Assembly: GCA_951406725.2 (NCBI GenBank)
Contig: OX597816.1
Span: 94,302,001 to 94,366,000, forward strand
From: Octopus vulgaris
Lineage: Eukaryota
Direction of reading: 5' to 3'
Length of the DNA: 64,000 nucleotides
The position numbers and the translations under genes are program-made. Under the pieces are notes generated by a model. It searched no databases. It saw nothing but the letters and a program-made list of their open reading frames with translations, and was not told the DNA's origin. Numbering within the stretch: position 1 is the stretch's first letter; each line of letters begins with the position of its first letter. Shown piece by piece: positions 1 through 15,800 of the stretch.

Positions 1-854
1 CAAGCAACCGACCCTGGGCAGAGGGCTGTCTGAGTCCTTGCAAACGATTTCCCTACTGTTATTGCCATTGCAGAACATTATAGCCTTTTGTTTTACTTCA
101 AATATATTTTAACATACTGTCTGGAGTAAGACTACCAGCTGGCTCTAATTGCTTTGTTTGTCGCTGAATTTGTAGGATCTTATGCTCAATGCAGAGTGTA
201 TGTAATGAATATAGTAGACTTGGTAAGCAGATAGAAATCTTGGTCTCCTTTCTGATCACAAGTTCCCATTTAATTGGGTTTTCGCTCAAACTTCACAAAA
301 TTGAGTGTTCAGGTAGGAGTAAAAAAGCAAGTTTGTTTGTTTATTTATTATCAAACTTATCCATTAACTCTGGAAAGAAAACTTCCATTTAATGTACTAC
401 ATTTTTATGTAATTGATTTGATTTGATTATATTCTAGTTTGTTTCCTTTGCTGTTAAATATTAAACTACAGTTTAAATTAAGCATTAACCACACTAATTC
501 ACTACTACCTTAGTTTAAGAGGTCTCTATGACATAGAGGACATTTCTTTTTCTTTAGGCTCCTAGGCATGATAAAAATATGAGAATCTTGGCAACATGTC
601 ATGAAGTTCAATTTGTTTAGGCTACATTCTATTGATGGAAAACAATATGTCATTATTGTCCAAGACCAAAATGTTGGTTCCCTATTCATGTGTTTTCTGT
701 TGATGAAAACAATTAGGAAGGCATTGTATTTTGTTTGGTAGTGGTACAAATCTGAATGTTATCTTCTATTCTGAGAGTAACCATCAATTGACAGAATTCA
801 AAATAGAAAGTGTTTCTTTTATATATTTATACAATTGTCTCTCTATTTCCGCAG

Positions 855-1052
855 GTCTGATGGTGCTGGTGAGGTCAATGCCTTTTTAGGTTTGATTCGA
901 TGTTTTATGGCCCGCTGCAGCTTCAATAAGGCATTAGAAATTGCTAATCAACTCATTGTTGGTCGTTCTGACTTTCTTCCAGCCCTTGAGGAAAAAATGA
1001 AGATACAGCTAGCTTTGAAAGACTGGGATCAATCAGTAGAAACTGCATATTT
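855..1052 (+). CDS. TTC21B: TTC21B exon (first in window): [12 protein letters not shown]...[14 protein letters not shown]
   Basis: cag/gtaagt boundaries, 198 nt, phase 2-2; [20 protein letters not shown] motif. Confidence 0.9.
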
Positions 1053-4000
1053 GTAAGTTATCACTTTTCAAGTTCTGCTTTTGTTTTTATAATTATTTTT
1101 CTTTTATTTATTTAGTAATTTTACTCCATTTTTACTTGTTTGGTCAGTCAATATTTAAAAAGAATAACTTATTCAAACAAAAATTACTATTCTTACCTAA
1201 AATTTCCCTATCTTTTCTCCCCTTCTAATTTGAAGAAGATAATAGCAACAACATTCACAATGAAAATGAATTTTGGAATGAATAAATTAATTTTCTGTTC
1301 CTCAGTTATTTAATTTAAAAATACTCTAGAACTATATGCATTGTTGTAAATTTTTAGAAATACAAGAACTGTTACCCAGCAATATTTTTTGAGGAGGTGT
1401 CACCTTTGCAGCATATCAATTGCAGATCATCTAAACTTTTACAATATTAATATTCAACCATGTGAAAAAAATTTAAGACTATAACTTTGAAGATTTATAT
1501 AATTATTTTTATTGATATTTGTTCTGGTTGTGATTCATTTATTTTGCTACATTTCAGGGCTCTTGATATAGATCAGTTCAATATTGAAGCATTAACCATA
1601 CTTACTCTCTATCATCTGTGTTGTTTAGGAGACTATAACGAAGTAGGTGTGATTTTCACTAATTTCATATATTTATCATCTTTAGAATGGTTAATTTTAT
1701 AAGCTGAAAAGGTCATTTTAGAATACTGGATTACAGAAGACTGGTTAATAAGACGTTTGAAAAGATTACCATATTGAAGATAATGAAAATTCACTCTTCT
1801 TCATTTAACATCATTAGATACAATGCAATATTTTAAAATCTTGTAAATCAAATATATTTGCTCATTCATAAATTCAACTTGCTCTGATGTGCCCATCACT
1901 AACTTGAGTTTATATCTGTTACCTCAAAATGGTCCTTCAAATACATGTCACAATGTTTACGAGTATCTCTTTCTATTTTAATTCTTTGAATTCCTCCTAT
2001 AAAGAGGTAACAGGTTTCTGTCTCAGAAACAAAACTTCATCACTGGAGTTTAGATGACAACAGTAAAGAATTAATTACATTATGACTTATAGAAAAGTCT
2101 AGCAGATGATGATGTGTGTGTATATGGTGTTTGATAAAACATCACCAGTTATTATAAGATGAATGTTAAGACAACAATAGTAACTTCGAACATTTTTATG
2201 ATATAATAACAGAGTAGTGGGATTAGGCATAAGTCAGTTTTGACAGAACTTTCAAGTACAAAAGACAATACAGATTGAGCAGTGTGTACATAATTATGCT
2301 TAGAAATCCGGAGTGGAGCCCCGTAGGTAGTTTAGTGTTCGACTCGACACTCTTCTGGCAACTCCTGCAACCAAACTGGTGCCAAACGTAATGCTCTACA
2401 CTCCTTTGAACTACATCAGCAAGGTCGAGAGAGGAATCCTGACGATTGGGCTACCCAAGATTTTCTTACATCTAGCCCAGGCCTGCGCAAACTGGAGTAA
2501 AAACCAGACTGGATTATTTAATGCGCAACTCCATTGTCTCCCTAGACAAAAAGATGCCAACAACAACAAGTGGGATTGCTATAATTGATTAAGATTCTTG
2601 AAGGCAGTGTCATAACATAACCAGAGTGCAATAACTGAAACCAGTAAAAGAACAAATGAAAATTGATAAATTTTATATGTATTCTCCATGTATTCTACTC
2701 AACTTCATATTGATATTACAATTTCTTATTGCTTTACTTGATAGTCTTCAGGATATCTTGAGAGGTTGCTGGATAGCTTGAATAAAACTGAACAGTCAAG
2801 CTACTCCATATACCATAAGAGGGCATCACTTTTCTGCCGAATTGTAAGTGAAAAATTTTATTTTGATTTGTAGTTGCATTCTGTTTTGAGTGAAACATTG
2901 GATCACTTAGTAAAAAAATAACTGTTTACAACAAAAACACTTCCGTTGTATATGATGAATTACTCAGCATGTCTTAAGCCTGTTTTAAAGCAGATACCTT
3001 TATCTCTTCATAATTTGAATGTATATTCATATTAATATTACAGCCATATATTGTGGTTAAGTTCACTTTGCAGCCACATTGTCATGAGCTCAATCTCACT
3101 ATACAGCCCTTTGAGTGTTTTCAGCTGTAGCTCCCAAGATGTTCTATCAAATTTTGAGAGTGGAAATTAGTTGAGGTAAACTGTGCTGAAGGCTGTTATA
3201 TATATAATGTTTATAAAGTGCTTGTTAATTAGTAAGTTGAAACTTTATCTCTTTCTCTCTCTCTCCAAAATATTTCAGTGTGGCCGCAATGAATTGATTC
3301 TACAACACACTCATACATTAGCTCAGTGCTCTGTTGAAGAAGGTAACTGCAATGCTGAATACATGAGAGAAGTAGCTTACCAGTTTCTTCTAAGTGGAAA
3401 AGTCAAAGAAGCAATGGAAAATTACAAAGAAACAATCAAACTGGATGAAACCCACCTACCTGCAGTCACTGGTACAATCTTTCATATTACATTAATGTTT
3501 AAAAACTTTTGTACTCTTGCTCCACCTTTGGAAATACATCACCTCTCAAATCTTGACTGTCATTAGGATTTCAGAAAGACTTTTATAATGCCTAAGATAT
3601 TTTAGACCAAACTACATGTTAGAAAGTGTTTGTTTTGTTTTCTAAGCATAATCATGCACACACTGCTCAATTTGTATTGTGTTTTGCACTTGAAAATTCT
3701 GTCAAAAATAACTTATGCCTAATTTACCCTAAATACTTTTGTTGATAGATTATATGACTGAAAAATAGTGGATTTTTGTTATTAGAGAAAACTTCTTGGC
3801 TCAACAAAGTTTCTGTGCAACATGCATGTGATCATTTGCATTTTGAAAAGCCACCAAAATAAATTCTATATCAATTATCTTGCTCTTGAATCATCTAAGA
3901 GAACCTATTTCTTCTACAATACCCTGCAACAGGGTAAGAAATCTCAATAAAATCACATTGAAATACTCCAGATAGGCACCTATTTATTTGGAATACTTGG

Positions 4001-7000
4001 ATTGAAATGAACTTTAATATATAAAGAAATGTGGCAATAATTTCTATGAAAATAAGAAGGTCTGTAAATGTTAGAAGAATGGATAATCAATCATTGAATT
4101 TTGTTATAGGACTTAAAAGTGTTCACTTCTAGTCACGTGTAGACTCATTATCATCTATTATAAGAGAGCCTTATTTGGTCACTCAACCAGTTGCTAAACT
4201 CCCTTATTGATCAATTTTTTTCCCAAATCAGTCACCAAAAAAACAAACACACTCACAAAGAAAACAGAAGCACAAAATAAGATATCTACCTAGACCAGTG
4301 GTTCTTAACCTTATAGGAGGTACTGAACCCTGAAAGCTTCTTCAGTGCATTCACCGAACCCTTCGTAGCTGGAAAAATAAAATATGATTTATATTCAAAA
4401 CAAAGGTATATATTTTATTAGTGCACAAAATGAACCATGCATCAGTTGCACACAAAATCATTGTGTTCAAAGAAAAAAACCAGCAAAACATGAATTTCAC
4501 AAAAAAACATAACTCAATGAATATTTACTGCAAGTAAATGTGACTTTTGCTGTTGCCTTTCAGATACAAGTTCGGAAATGTGTGGTTTCACCTTGGCAAT
4601 TGTCACTCACATATCATTTTCATAACAAAGTCTGTTCCTTTTCTTAGTTTTTGTGTCTACCATCCTCAAAAAATATTGCTCACAAAGATACATTGTAACA
4701 AACGGTGTGAATATCTCAAGGACTTTCTTAGCAATAAGAGGGCATGGTACGATTTGGTGACACCAAAGCGTCAAGAGCGTTGTTGTTCTGAAGAGTTGCT
4801 GTTGAAGCTGGTTCTGCTGAAGTTCAATGATTTCATCGAGGTATTCATCATTGACATCTGCTGTTGCAATACTAAACATGAATGGCTTTCTCACCCATCC
4901 TGGATATGACTCTCTGGTAGGGAAGTATCCGTCAAGAGACTTTGCAAGCTCATTTAAGTGCACAGCAATTGCTTGCTTCAGCTCCTCATGCTACAGAAAT
5001 GTCTCCAATTTCAGACATGTCTTTGATTTTACAGTCATCCAGCAGGGGAAAGTTTGCGAGGTTATCATTCTCTGTTCGTTGTTTTCATAAAGGTAATGTT
5101 TTTTTGAAACGCCTTCAGGTTTTCTTCCACTCTGACAATGTTGACTCCAGCAGCCTGCATCTGTCGATTGAGATGATTGATAACATCAAAAAATTGGCTG
5201 TGTATGCCAAAATGAGAATGAACTCAGAACTTTCAAAGCAATTTGTGTGACAGAGTTGTACTCTTGCAAAAACGGGGCTAATTCCACATGCATGGCAAAA
5301 ACACAATTCAGCACCTTTCCCAGGGATAACCACTGAATGTTAGAATGGTATAGAAGTACCTCAAATTCAAAGCCCATTTCATTACACAGGATCTTTGAAC
5401 ATGCGGTGCTTCATAGCACTATTTCACACATAGTTCACACATTCAGCTACAATTTTTAATACTTCTGCCAGTTTTGGAGGCAAGGTTTTTGTTACCAATG
5501 CATGCCTGTGCAGAACACAGTGCATAACAATAATGTGTGGTACATCAGATTTCACCAGCACTCCAAAATCAGTGTTGTCCCAGCATGGCTGGAGTTCCAT
5601 CTGAACAAACTGCAGACACCATATTCCACAAAAGCCCATTGTCTCTGAAGAAGTTATCTACGAGTTACTTCACATCAGCTGCTTTGGTTGTTGTAAGAGG
5701 CTTACAAAATAAAAAATCTTCCTTTATCATGTTGTCTTTTACATTGCGCACAAATGCAAGCTGGTTCACTACATCCCTAGAATATAGAAACTGAACAGAA
5801 TTAATCCTAAAAACTAGCAATAATTTAATTGAATCAGCATCACACAGACTTCAGTATTTTTCTCAGTTAATTACTGGAGGAAAGATAGTTTCCTTGATCT
5901 TTGTAAAACTGTGTTATATAATGTCTACTTTTCTTTCCCTCTAATATTTGAACCTACAGTCATATTTCTTTTGGCTTGTTAAATCTTAAGTACTATCATC
6001 ATTGTCTTTTAGGTATAATTGAATGCCAATTGCTTATGGATAAGATAGAAGACGCATCTCATCAGCTGGAGTTTCTTAATGAGATTCAAATGAGTATTGG
6101 TCACACTGCTGTAAGTTGGACATATTTCTAAAAATAATCAGTTCACATGTACTCACAGCTTTGCTAAATTGTTAATGAAGTTTGTGTTTTCATTAAATTT
6201 ATCACACATCACTACTGATATCGACAATATAGATTATCAGTTTGAACATTCCACAGTTGTCCATATACTGAAGATATTAAATATAAGATAGAGATAAGTT
6301 TGTGAATATAATTTCTTATGTCATTATAATATAGTGTATTGAACTCATTGTTAGAAAATCTGAGTCAATTTTGTTAAATGGGAGCTATCATGCAGTTTAT
6401 CTGAAATAAATTCTCACTTGATCTCTTGTTTCATAATTGTTATATAGTATCAGTGCAAGTTGGCTGGTTAGAATCAAGGAAATGTAAGTGTGTATAATTT
6501 AATATGAAGAGAATTCTGAGATTAAAAATAAAAATGTATTTGATACTTAGCTAAGCATAATCAAAATTACCCTCGAGTTATTACTATTTTGTGCTTCCTC
6601 CTATATCACACAGGTGTATTTAGACTAAAAGTGTCAGTTCTTTGCTGCTTCTTAAAAACATTCCTTCAACATTTAAAATATAAAAGAAATTTGTCACTCT
6701 TATAATTTTTAATTTCTTGTCCTTTCTTTTTGTGTGCTTTTAATTTGGTTACTTTAAATATTCTGTATTATTGATTATTTGTAGGAGTTGTACTATTTGA
6801 GTGCTGTTCTTGGGAAAAAGAAACAGAACAAAGAAGACAATACCATTGTGTTGTTAAATGAAGCTGTTAATAAACACTTCTCAACTTTCAAGGTACCTTT
6901 TTATTCTATATATATATATATATATATATTTGAGACTCACAGAGGCACTGACTAGTGACTGAGATCTTTGGCAGTGTGTTGTACCTGAGAGGACCTGTCA

Positions 7001-10000
7001 AGCCTCTGTACGGCTCAGTACTTTGAGATTGGCCTTCAGTACTTCATCACATGTCTTCCTGGGTCTCCCTCTTTCACAACTTCCATCCTACATTTTATTC
7101 ATATTTAGTCTCACAACAGAGAATTGCTTACTGTTATTCACCAAAGTTTATCAAAATTTTCATCTATTTTTCAGACTCTTTATCTTAGCTATGAATATTT
7201 CATCAAATTGAACCCTGATTTTCTTATTCAAATAACAAATGACTATTTGGATTATGGACCCCAACAGGTGAGTATCATTTTCCCCTTCTACTCATGTTTA
7301 TTACATTTTTTACATATTTTCTCCACCATATTTTAGACTAGATTGTATCATCATCATTGCTATTGTATTTAATCATATACATTTCATTGTATTATTAGAC
7401 CTATTTCTTTCTTGCTTATTAGAAATACAGGAGTCCAATCAAGACTAAATTTGGAAACTATTTCCCACTATGACCAGCTTGCAATCACCTTAATGCTATA
7501 TAAAACTATTTTATGGAAGAATAAAGTACATGGTTTAGTGGTTAATGTTGGGTTCACAATCATAAGGTTATGCGTTTGACCCCTTTACTAGGCAGTGCAT
7601 TGTATCTCTGAGCTAAGCACTTCTTTGTTTCATATTGCTCAAGGCTGCTCATTTGAAATGTGTACTAACTGGATGCTGATACAAATCTCTTTTCTTCCAG
7701 CTGTCACATCCTGAATGGGTGAGAGGGGCCAAGATGGTGTTTGCATCTGCTGTCTATTATATCAACACCTAAAACAACTAGCACAACATCATACATACTC
7801 AGAATGAGGACTTTAGCTATTACTTAGATACTGGAAATGATAATTCTCTGAATTGATTAAGTATTGGTCTAATGATGGAAAGACTGATTAACTTGTGTCT
7901 TCCCACTGTGTAGAAGATACCTGATGAATAGGAGTAAGACACTCCTACTCATCACGTATCATCATTGCCTTCAATTAGTGTGCTCCCAATCTGGTTCATC
8001 TCTTCACAAAACTCTTCAAATTCTTCCCCAGCAGTCATCTTTTCTACAGTTACCAATCTAAAAAAGTTCTAGCTGAACATTAATTGCATCAATTTCATCA
8101 ATTTTGGAAGGCTTTCAATGGTTATGGGAAATGGCCTTCCTTGGATCAAATAATTGAAAATAATCTGAGTAGCTCCATCTTTGTTTTGAAAACGTTTGAG
8201 GAGGAGGATATATAATTACCTTTCATTGGCTTGTTGTGTTGAGATTGTTTCTTACTCCACAGTAAGCTTGGTAGATACATCTGATAATTTAATTTATTTT
8301 ACTTGTTGCACCAGATAGATAGTGATTGAGTACCTTTTTGTGGAGCAGGTCAGATGTGGTACAATTTTCCTAGTATCACACTTTTGTAATACCAATGATA
8401 TCCATGATGCTAAATGATGATAATTGTTTTAATTTGTCAGGCACAAGAACTATGGTATATAATGCCCAACTTTTAATCTCAATTTCAGCCAAGCCAGTAT
8501 GGTCAACCTCTCGATCCTATTCTCAAGAAATGTTTGCAAATTTTGGACCCAGTTACCAAAATGTTACCTGGTTTGTTTAAAGGGGTCTATCTATTGGCAA
8601 AAGTGAAATATCTGTGTGGTAAGTTGCATGTAGTCTTTCATCTTATATGATGATCCAGAATTCTAGAAATTGATAATAATTTTTGATTACCTGCAGTCTT
8701 CATAGATATGGAGTTTGAGAATTTTAGGGTTGAAGATAGGGTATGTTGTGATGTTCAGGTTTTTTCATGAGAGATTTAGCAAGGGAAGTAAAGTAGAGTT
8801 TGTGGAGATGGTTCACAGTAAATTTGATGCAGTATTATGCAGTCATCATCAGTAGATATAAAAATATAGATGACATGCTCTACATTGATATATCATTCCT
8901 ATATAGTCTATTATGGCACTCTTAGGAAGGCATCCAGCTGTAGAAACACTGCCAGATCAGACTGGAGCCTGGTGCAGCCTCCTGGCTTCCCAGACCCCAG
9001 TCGAACTGTCCAACCCATGCTAGCACGGAAAACAGATGTTAAACGATGGTGATGATTAACATTTCTATTAATCATCAGTCCTGAATGTGTGCATAGTACT
9101 GGAGTTGGTTTGAACTTGCAACTTTTATTTTTAAATTAAGGATAACATGCTTGTACTCTAGTCAAATACAGTTATTGTTAAAATTAATGACACTCATATT
9201 AAGTTGATGTCACTTCTATAAGCATCAACATGCTTGTTAATGTTCAGCAACTAAATTAAAACCCCTCTTGTTTACAATGGCTCAATAAATTACTTGAATC
9301 ACTTGAAAGATGTTCAAAACATTGAAAAGAATATAGAAATTACATTTTTCACTCTATTTGAAATGTTTTGCTTTTTCTATATCCTATATACTTTATACAG
9401 TTTGAATTTTTTCTTTCTAATGTTCTTTTGTAGGAGACTTTGAGGCTGCTCAAGCTACACTCCAGCACTGCTTAGACCAAGACCAGTCTCTCTCTAGTGC
9501 TCATATTTTAATGGCACAGGTAAATACATGTTTGTTACAATATTTAATTGTAATTTTAGCAAATTCCATATTTAATAATTTCAATTTTATTGTATGTGTG
9601 TCTCATCATTGGTATGGGTTGAGTGGTTCAACAGGATTCAGCAAGCCAGAGGAATGTATTGAGCTCCAGTATATCTGCTTTGGCCTGGTTTGTATGGTTG
9701 GATGCCCTTCTTAATGCCAACCACTTTCAGTGTGTCCTGGTTGCTTTTTTCATGACACCAGCACCAGTAAGATTGCCAAGGAACTTGCACAACAGCAAAA
9801 AACAAATCCTCTCAACTGAGTGGAGTTGGAGTTGTAATAAAGGGAGAGGGGCTTTATTCTTGGTGTTGAGAGGCTAAAATTTCAAGAGGCACAGGCATAG
9901 ATGTCTTAATATAGAAGAGATATGAGGTGGCGAGCTGGCAGAATCATTAGCACACTGGGCGAAATGCTTAGCGGTATTTTGTCTGTCTCTATGTTCTGAG

Positions 10001-12719
10001 TTCAAATTCCACCAAGGTCGACTTAGCCTTTCATCCTTTCGGGGGTCAATAAATTAAGTACCTCTTGCGTACTGGGGTCAGTCTAATCAACTGCACCCCT
10101 CCCCCAAAAATATTTCAGGTCTTATGCCTATAAAGAAAGGATTTTTGTCTTTCAAATTCCACCAAAGTAGACTTTGCTTTCATCTTTTTGGGGTCAAAAA
10201 TTTTGGGCCTTATGCCTAGAGTAGAAAAGAATATAGAAAAGATACATCGGTACCTTGTGTTATATAGGAATGGGTGGGTGTAGCTGAAAGAAGGTAAAGA
10301 TGTTCCTCACAGCATGTCCGTGCACACTGCCAAGATGCAAAAAGGTGAATATATGAGAGAATACAAACTAAAGATGGAAAGGTGTTAGATGGTGTGTTAG
10401 TTCGTAAGAGTGAGAGAGAAGAGTAACAGATGGTTAGTAAGGTGGGTAGAGGTTAAGACTGTGAATAATGTTCATGGGAGGAGGCGTAGTCAATGGTAAA
10501 TATCTTTGTGGGGAAGAAGATAAAAGAAATAGCTGAGGTGATAAGTGGCAATACAGGAAGTGAGTGAAGAGCAGCAGTATGTAATGATTTTCATCCTTTT
10601 TAATATTAGGAAGCAATTTGTTAAGTCTGTGTTACATATTTAGGAGATATCTTTGTTTTTTTTTTGTGTTCCTTTTCATTTCATTAGTAACCAGATTATT
10701 TCCTATTGTTTATGATTATTCTCTTTATTTCACGTACAGTACTTGTGATGTTACCTAAGTTTATAGAGCCTTTATGTGGTCATTTGACTTGCTAGAAATA
10801 GTAACCAAATCTCAAATCAGTTTCTACTATCATTAAAAAGAAGCATTAGATAATAGACCCAAATACCCTTAGAATGATACAATGATCTTGGCTTGACAAT
10901 CTTTCTTCATAGCTCAGCTTGATCAGAGATGATCTAAATATATATAAATGTTTTATTTCACTGCATTACCATTATGCTATATTCTCCATCAAAGACATCT
11001 CTGAGTCTACTATGACTTATAACTTAAAGCTCCAATGTCTGGCAACTGACTTGGTAGACACCCACAAGATTATCCACCATCTTTCCAACAACAATCTTGG
11101 ACACCTTTTTGAATTCCATATGTCTAACACCCATAGACATGTTTTCCAAATAAAAAAAATAACACAGCACCCACAACTTTCGGAAACAATTTTTCATCCT
11201 TAGAATTGCTGAAGCATGGAATAAACTACCTGCATCGGTTTTAGCCATTAGGACATTACATCCTCCAAAACCTCCATGGTTCTTGAAATTTTCCTACAGT
11301 ATATCTGATGCCACCCAACCCACTTTTTTAGTCTTTTTTTTTTTTTGTAGACTTATTCACTGTTCATTTCCTGCACGTATTCTATGTATTTTTCATTGGT
11401 TACTTTTTTTGATAACTTGTGGTGCACCTGAGTTCTGTATGCTATAAGTTCATTATATATTACCATGATGAAAATATTAATACCTAACCAACACTATAGT
11501 AGTATTATTCTATCGCTTCAGTAATTAATCTGCAAAATCAAAATTGTTCTGATTAATTAGTAGTCGACACATGCATATTACCTTTATACTTATGTATGTT
11601 GCTTCACCTCAACTAGAATGTGTTTATGTCTCTTTCTCTTGACATTGCATGATGGTTGTGAAGCAAGCATCACTGTCATACAAGTGGTGTCTTTTGTCTC
11701 CAACCTTACATGAAAATATTTCTGGCCCTTGGGAAATATTTATTTCAAATTTTGATGCAAGGCTCACAATTTGGGGAGAGAGGGCTAGTTGATTACATCG
11801 GCCTCAGAGCTCAGCTTTTACTTATCTTATCAGCCCTAAAAGGATGAAAGGTTAAGTTGACCTTGGTAGAATTTGAACTCAGAACATAAAGACAAACAAA
11901 ATGCTGTTAAGTATTTTGCCCAGCATACTAACGATTCTGAGGAAATATTAGCTTGGAAACAGGTGGGGGTTGCCAAAAGGAAGGACATGTGGCCATAGAA
12001 AATCTGCCTAAACAAATTCCATCTCACTCTTGCAAGCATGGAAAAGTAGCCATTAAAACGACAATTTGTTCATTTAATGCTCATTTTTCCACACTAGCAT
12101 AGATTTGGACAGATATGTTATTTGAAGCAGGATTTTACAACCTTTATTCATGTTCTTTATATCTCCCAATTTATTATCATGCTTAATGAAACATTGTTAA
12201 ATCTTATTAAAAATATTGATATTTCAGAATAATCTTTTTTATATTGATAAAATCACTTAAATCAAAATTGGTGATTTTATACATTATTTCTATAATTTTC
12301 TTTCAGATTCATTTACATTTAAACAACTTTAAACTTGCCTCACAATCTCTTGAATTTGGACTCAGTCATAACTTTCAGGTTAGTTATTGAGTGTTTCAGT
12401 ACTTTTGTTAATTCTCACCTATTTGCATTAGATTTGTTTTTTATTTTCAAACTAATAATTTTAAAAAGAAAACTAAAAGAAAACCCTGAAGTAATGGCAA
12501 TTAAAGAAATAAATAACATTACAACAATCTTATTTGACTGGTTTTCATTGTGCTAAAATTCAACATGGCAGCCCTGAGGAAACAGACTTTGGAAGAGAGA
12601 GTGGATATTTGATATATTGGTTTAAATTTCTAAAAAGATGTTCATAAATGCTAGTTACCAGATAATGAGTCTTTCGATATAACTTATTGAAAGCTGCTGT
12701 TTATTTCTCATAGTCATAT

Positions 12720-12813
<94 letters not shown>

Positions 12814-15800
12814 CACACATGTGCAACACATATAGACATGTGAACAAAAACATTATATAAAGAGCCACAACCAGCATCAAGGAATTATCAAAGAGTGAGT
12901 GGGAAGGAAACAGAGATAAAATGACAGCAACTTATAACTGTCCTAATAGTATGTGATTCAAAACAGTCAATGCTAAATGAAGGCTAAAATATTTAAATAT
13001 TTATCAAGTAAAGTAGGGATCACTATAAAACAGTAAATAAAAAATATTTCACACCATGAACAAGAATTTAGCACAAACTATCATTAGCTAAGGTTGAGGA
13101 TTAGAGTAAAGCTATTGATATTACATATAAAGAAAATAATATTAAAACTTAATTTTAGAGTCCTTCTTATACATCTTACTAATTTAAAATGACAACTTAT
13201 TTTACAATCTTTCCAATAATACGTGATTCATAAACGATCAACACTAAACAAGTCATTAGAATCACAGAACTCCAGTAAAATGGGGCACACCATAAAACAG
13301 TAAACAAAAAAATCTATTTCACACCAGACTACCATCTTTAGCTAAGGCTGAGAGTAAGAGTAATACTATTTTGAAAATTTTAATATATGTGGTTCTTGTG
13401 CTGTTTTACTACTGGTTGTGATACCAAATCACTAATTCATAGAAAGATTGTAAAATTTATTCAATACCTTTGCTATTGCCATTTCTATCTTAATAGAAGT
13501 TTATCTTATTAGTTTACTCAACAACATTTTGAGAAGATGAATATTTAGAGTTGCCACTAGTAAAAAAACAAAAAAAAAAATTAATAGTTTTAAAATGCAC
13601 CTCTTGAAGGAATGGCTCATGCTTATTTCCCTATTGCAAATTATGAAGTAGTATAAATGAAATATTTTTTTTGACCGTTTGTGGAAAACTTAAAACATTA
13701 CAGGAAGTTTTCTAATATATCATTGTCTGTACATTTCAAACTTTCATGTTGTATATCATCATTTTGTTCTAGTGAAGAACAGTATAAATCTCTAATAGTA
13801 AAATAATGTTCAGACCTTCATAGTTTATAATCATTAATTGTTTTGTATTTGTCATCAGCAGTTAGACTTTTCAAATATTCCTGCCAAATAAAATTAGGAA
13901 GAAAGTGTTGTATTAGCCATATCTGGGAAGAGAATTTTGTACAACAGAAAAAAAAATGGGGTTGGTAGGAGCTTGCTATATACCTCTTACCATCTCCATC
14001 CTTATTTGTATCCATCACTTGTTCTCCCCCACTTACATCCTTTACCCACCTTCCCTGATCCTTCTATCTTCTGTGTCACCTTCATGGACACAGAGGGAAT
14101 ACATTTGCACCTTGTCACTACCATCACTATTTCTTATTATCACCACACCATCCTCCATCTATTCCACCCATCCATACATAGTTCTGAATCGCTTCCACAA
14201 TAATAAACTTGTTCCTCCCATTTATACTTTAACCTATCCACACCTCACATAGAGCCACCACCTTCTCTCTTACTCTCTCTCTCTCTCTCTCTCTCTTGGG
14301 GATTCTTTAGTCTCAAGTGATTGCATTTGGAAGCATAGAAGCTTTCTGAAACCAAGACTTTGAAGCTAAATGTCATCCAACCCTTTGGATCCTGATGAAC
14401 TTGTTCAACTCATGGAAAGCAGATCTGAAATGATGAGAATGAGGATCATGAGCTTAAAATGGTATCACTTCTGTGATAATTCTTTGGACAGAATGCAATT
14501 AATCTAGCTCAATTTAATGCTTAAGTGATGACATTTTTTTGTTTTTTTAATGTTTATGTATTTTATTCTTTTCTTGAAGGTTCGAGACCATCCTATATAT
14601 CATTTAATTAGTGCAAGAATACAGAAAAAGCAAGGAGAGTTAGCTGATGCTTCAGAGACTTTAAAATTTGCTATGAATCTTCCAGGAATGAAGGCATCTG
14701 GTTAGAACAGTTTGTTTTTCTTTTTCATACTTTTTCACTTGTGATTTGTTTTGAAGTAAATCTATAGTTCTTCCACACTCAATGCCAACATCTCACTTGC
14801 CTTTAATGTTGTTGAAAAAGACAGAAATAGTACAAAATATCATTTCTCTGCTTTTAAAAGTATTTGTCCATGTTCTTATGTAAAGAATCAATCTTCCTTT
14901 CAAGGACAAGAATTGATCTCTGTGGCAGGGATGGGAAAAGCTGGATACTAAAGGAAATTAGGGTATGATAGAAAGAAAAAAGGGAAATGCAGAGAAGCTA
15001 AGAAAGCAACTGGAAATGCTTAGTACGAATATCAACTTGTGAAAGGTGTGTACTCATCTGCTACACAATTCTCAGAAATAGTACCAAAATCTACCTTAAA
15101 TCACACTCTGCTATTGTATATAAGGAAAAGTTACATTCAGTAGTGCAGTTTTACATACCTCTAAAAAGACAGTGTGGTGAGAACTGAAATATATTTTGTC
15201 ATTAACCTGCTGAACATGGTTGATCTGTGGCAAAATACTCATAAAATAATTTGCAAAAATAGATTTCATATTAAAAAGATACTACTTTGTACCCCAAAAT
15301 ACATACATGTACAGTTATGGAAATAGAATAAAAACAAGATTTTTTTATGTCCTTTTACATACTGTACTCTCTACAATTACACATTTCTCTTTAATTTATA
15401 TTCATAGGCTACACCACTGTTGACATCATCACCATCATCATCGTCGTTTAACGTCCACCTTTGATGCAGGCTTGGGTTGGACGGTTTGACTGAGAACTGG
15501 CAAGCCAGGAGGCTGCACCAGACTCCAATCTGATGTGGCAAGGTTTCTACAGTTGGATTCTCTTCCTAATGCCAACCATTCCAAGAGTGTAGTGGAAGCT
15601 TTTTATGTGCCACCAGCACGGGAGCCACTCAGGCAGCACTAGCATTGACCATGCTCAAATGGTGCTTTTTATGTGCCACTGACATAGGTGCCAGTCAGGT
15701 GGCACTGACATCAACCACACTAGAATGGTGCTTTTTACGTACCACTGGCATGGGTGCCAATCAGGTAGCACTGGCATTGGCCATGCTTGAATAGTGCCTT

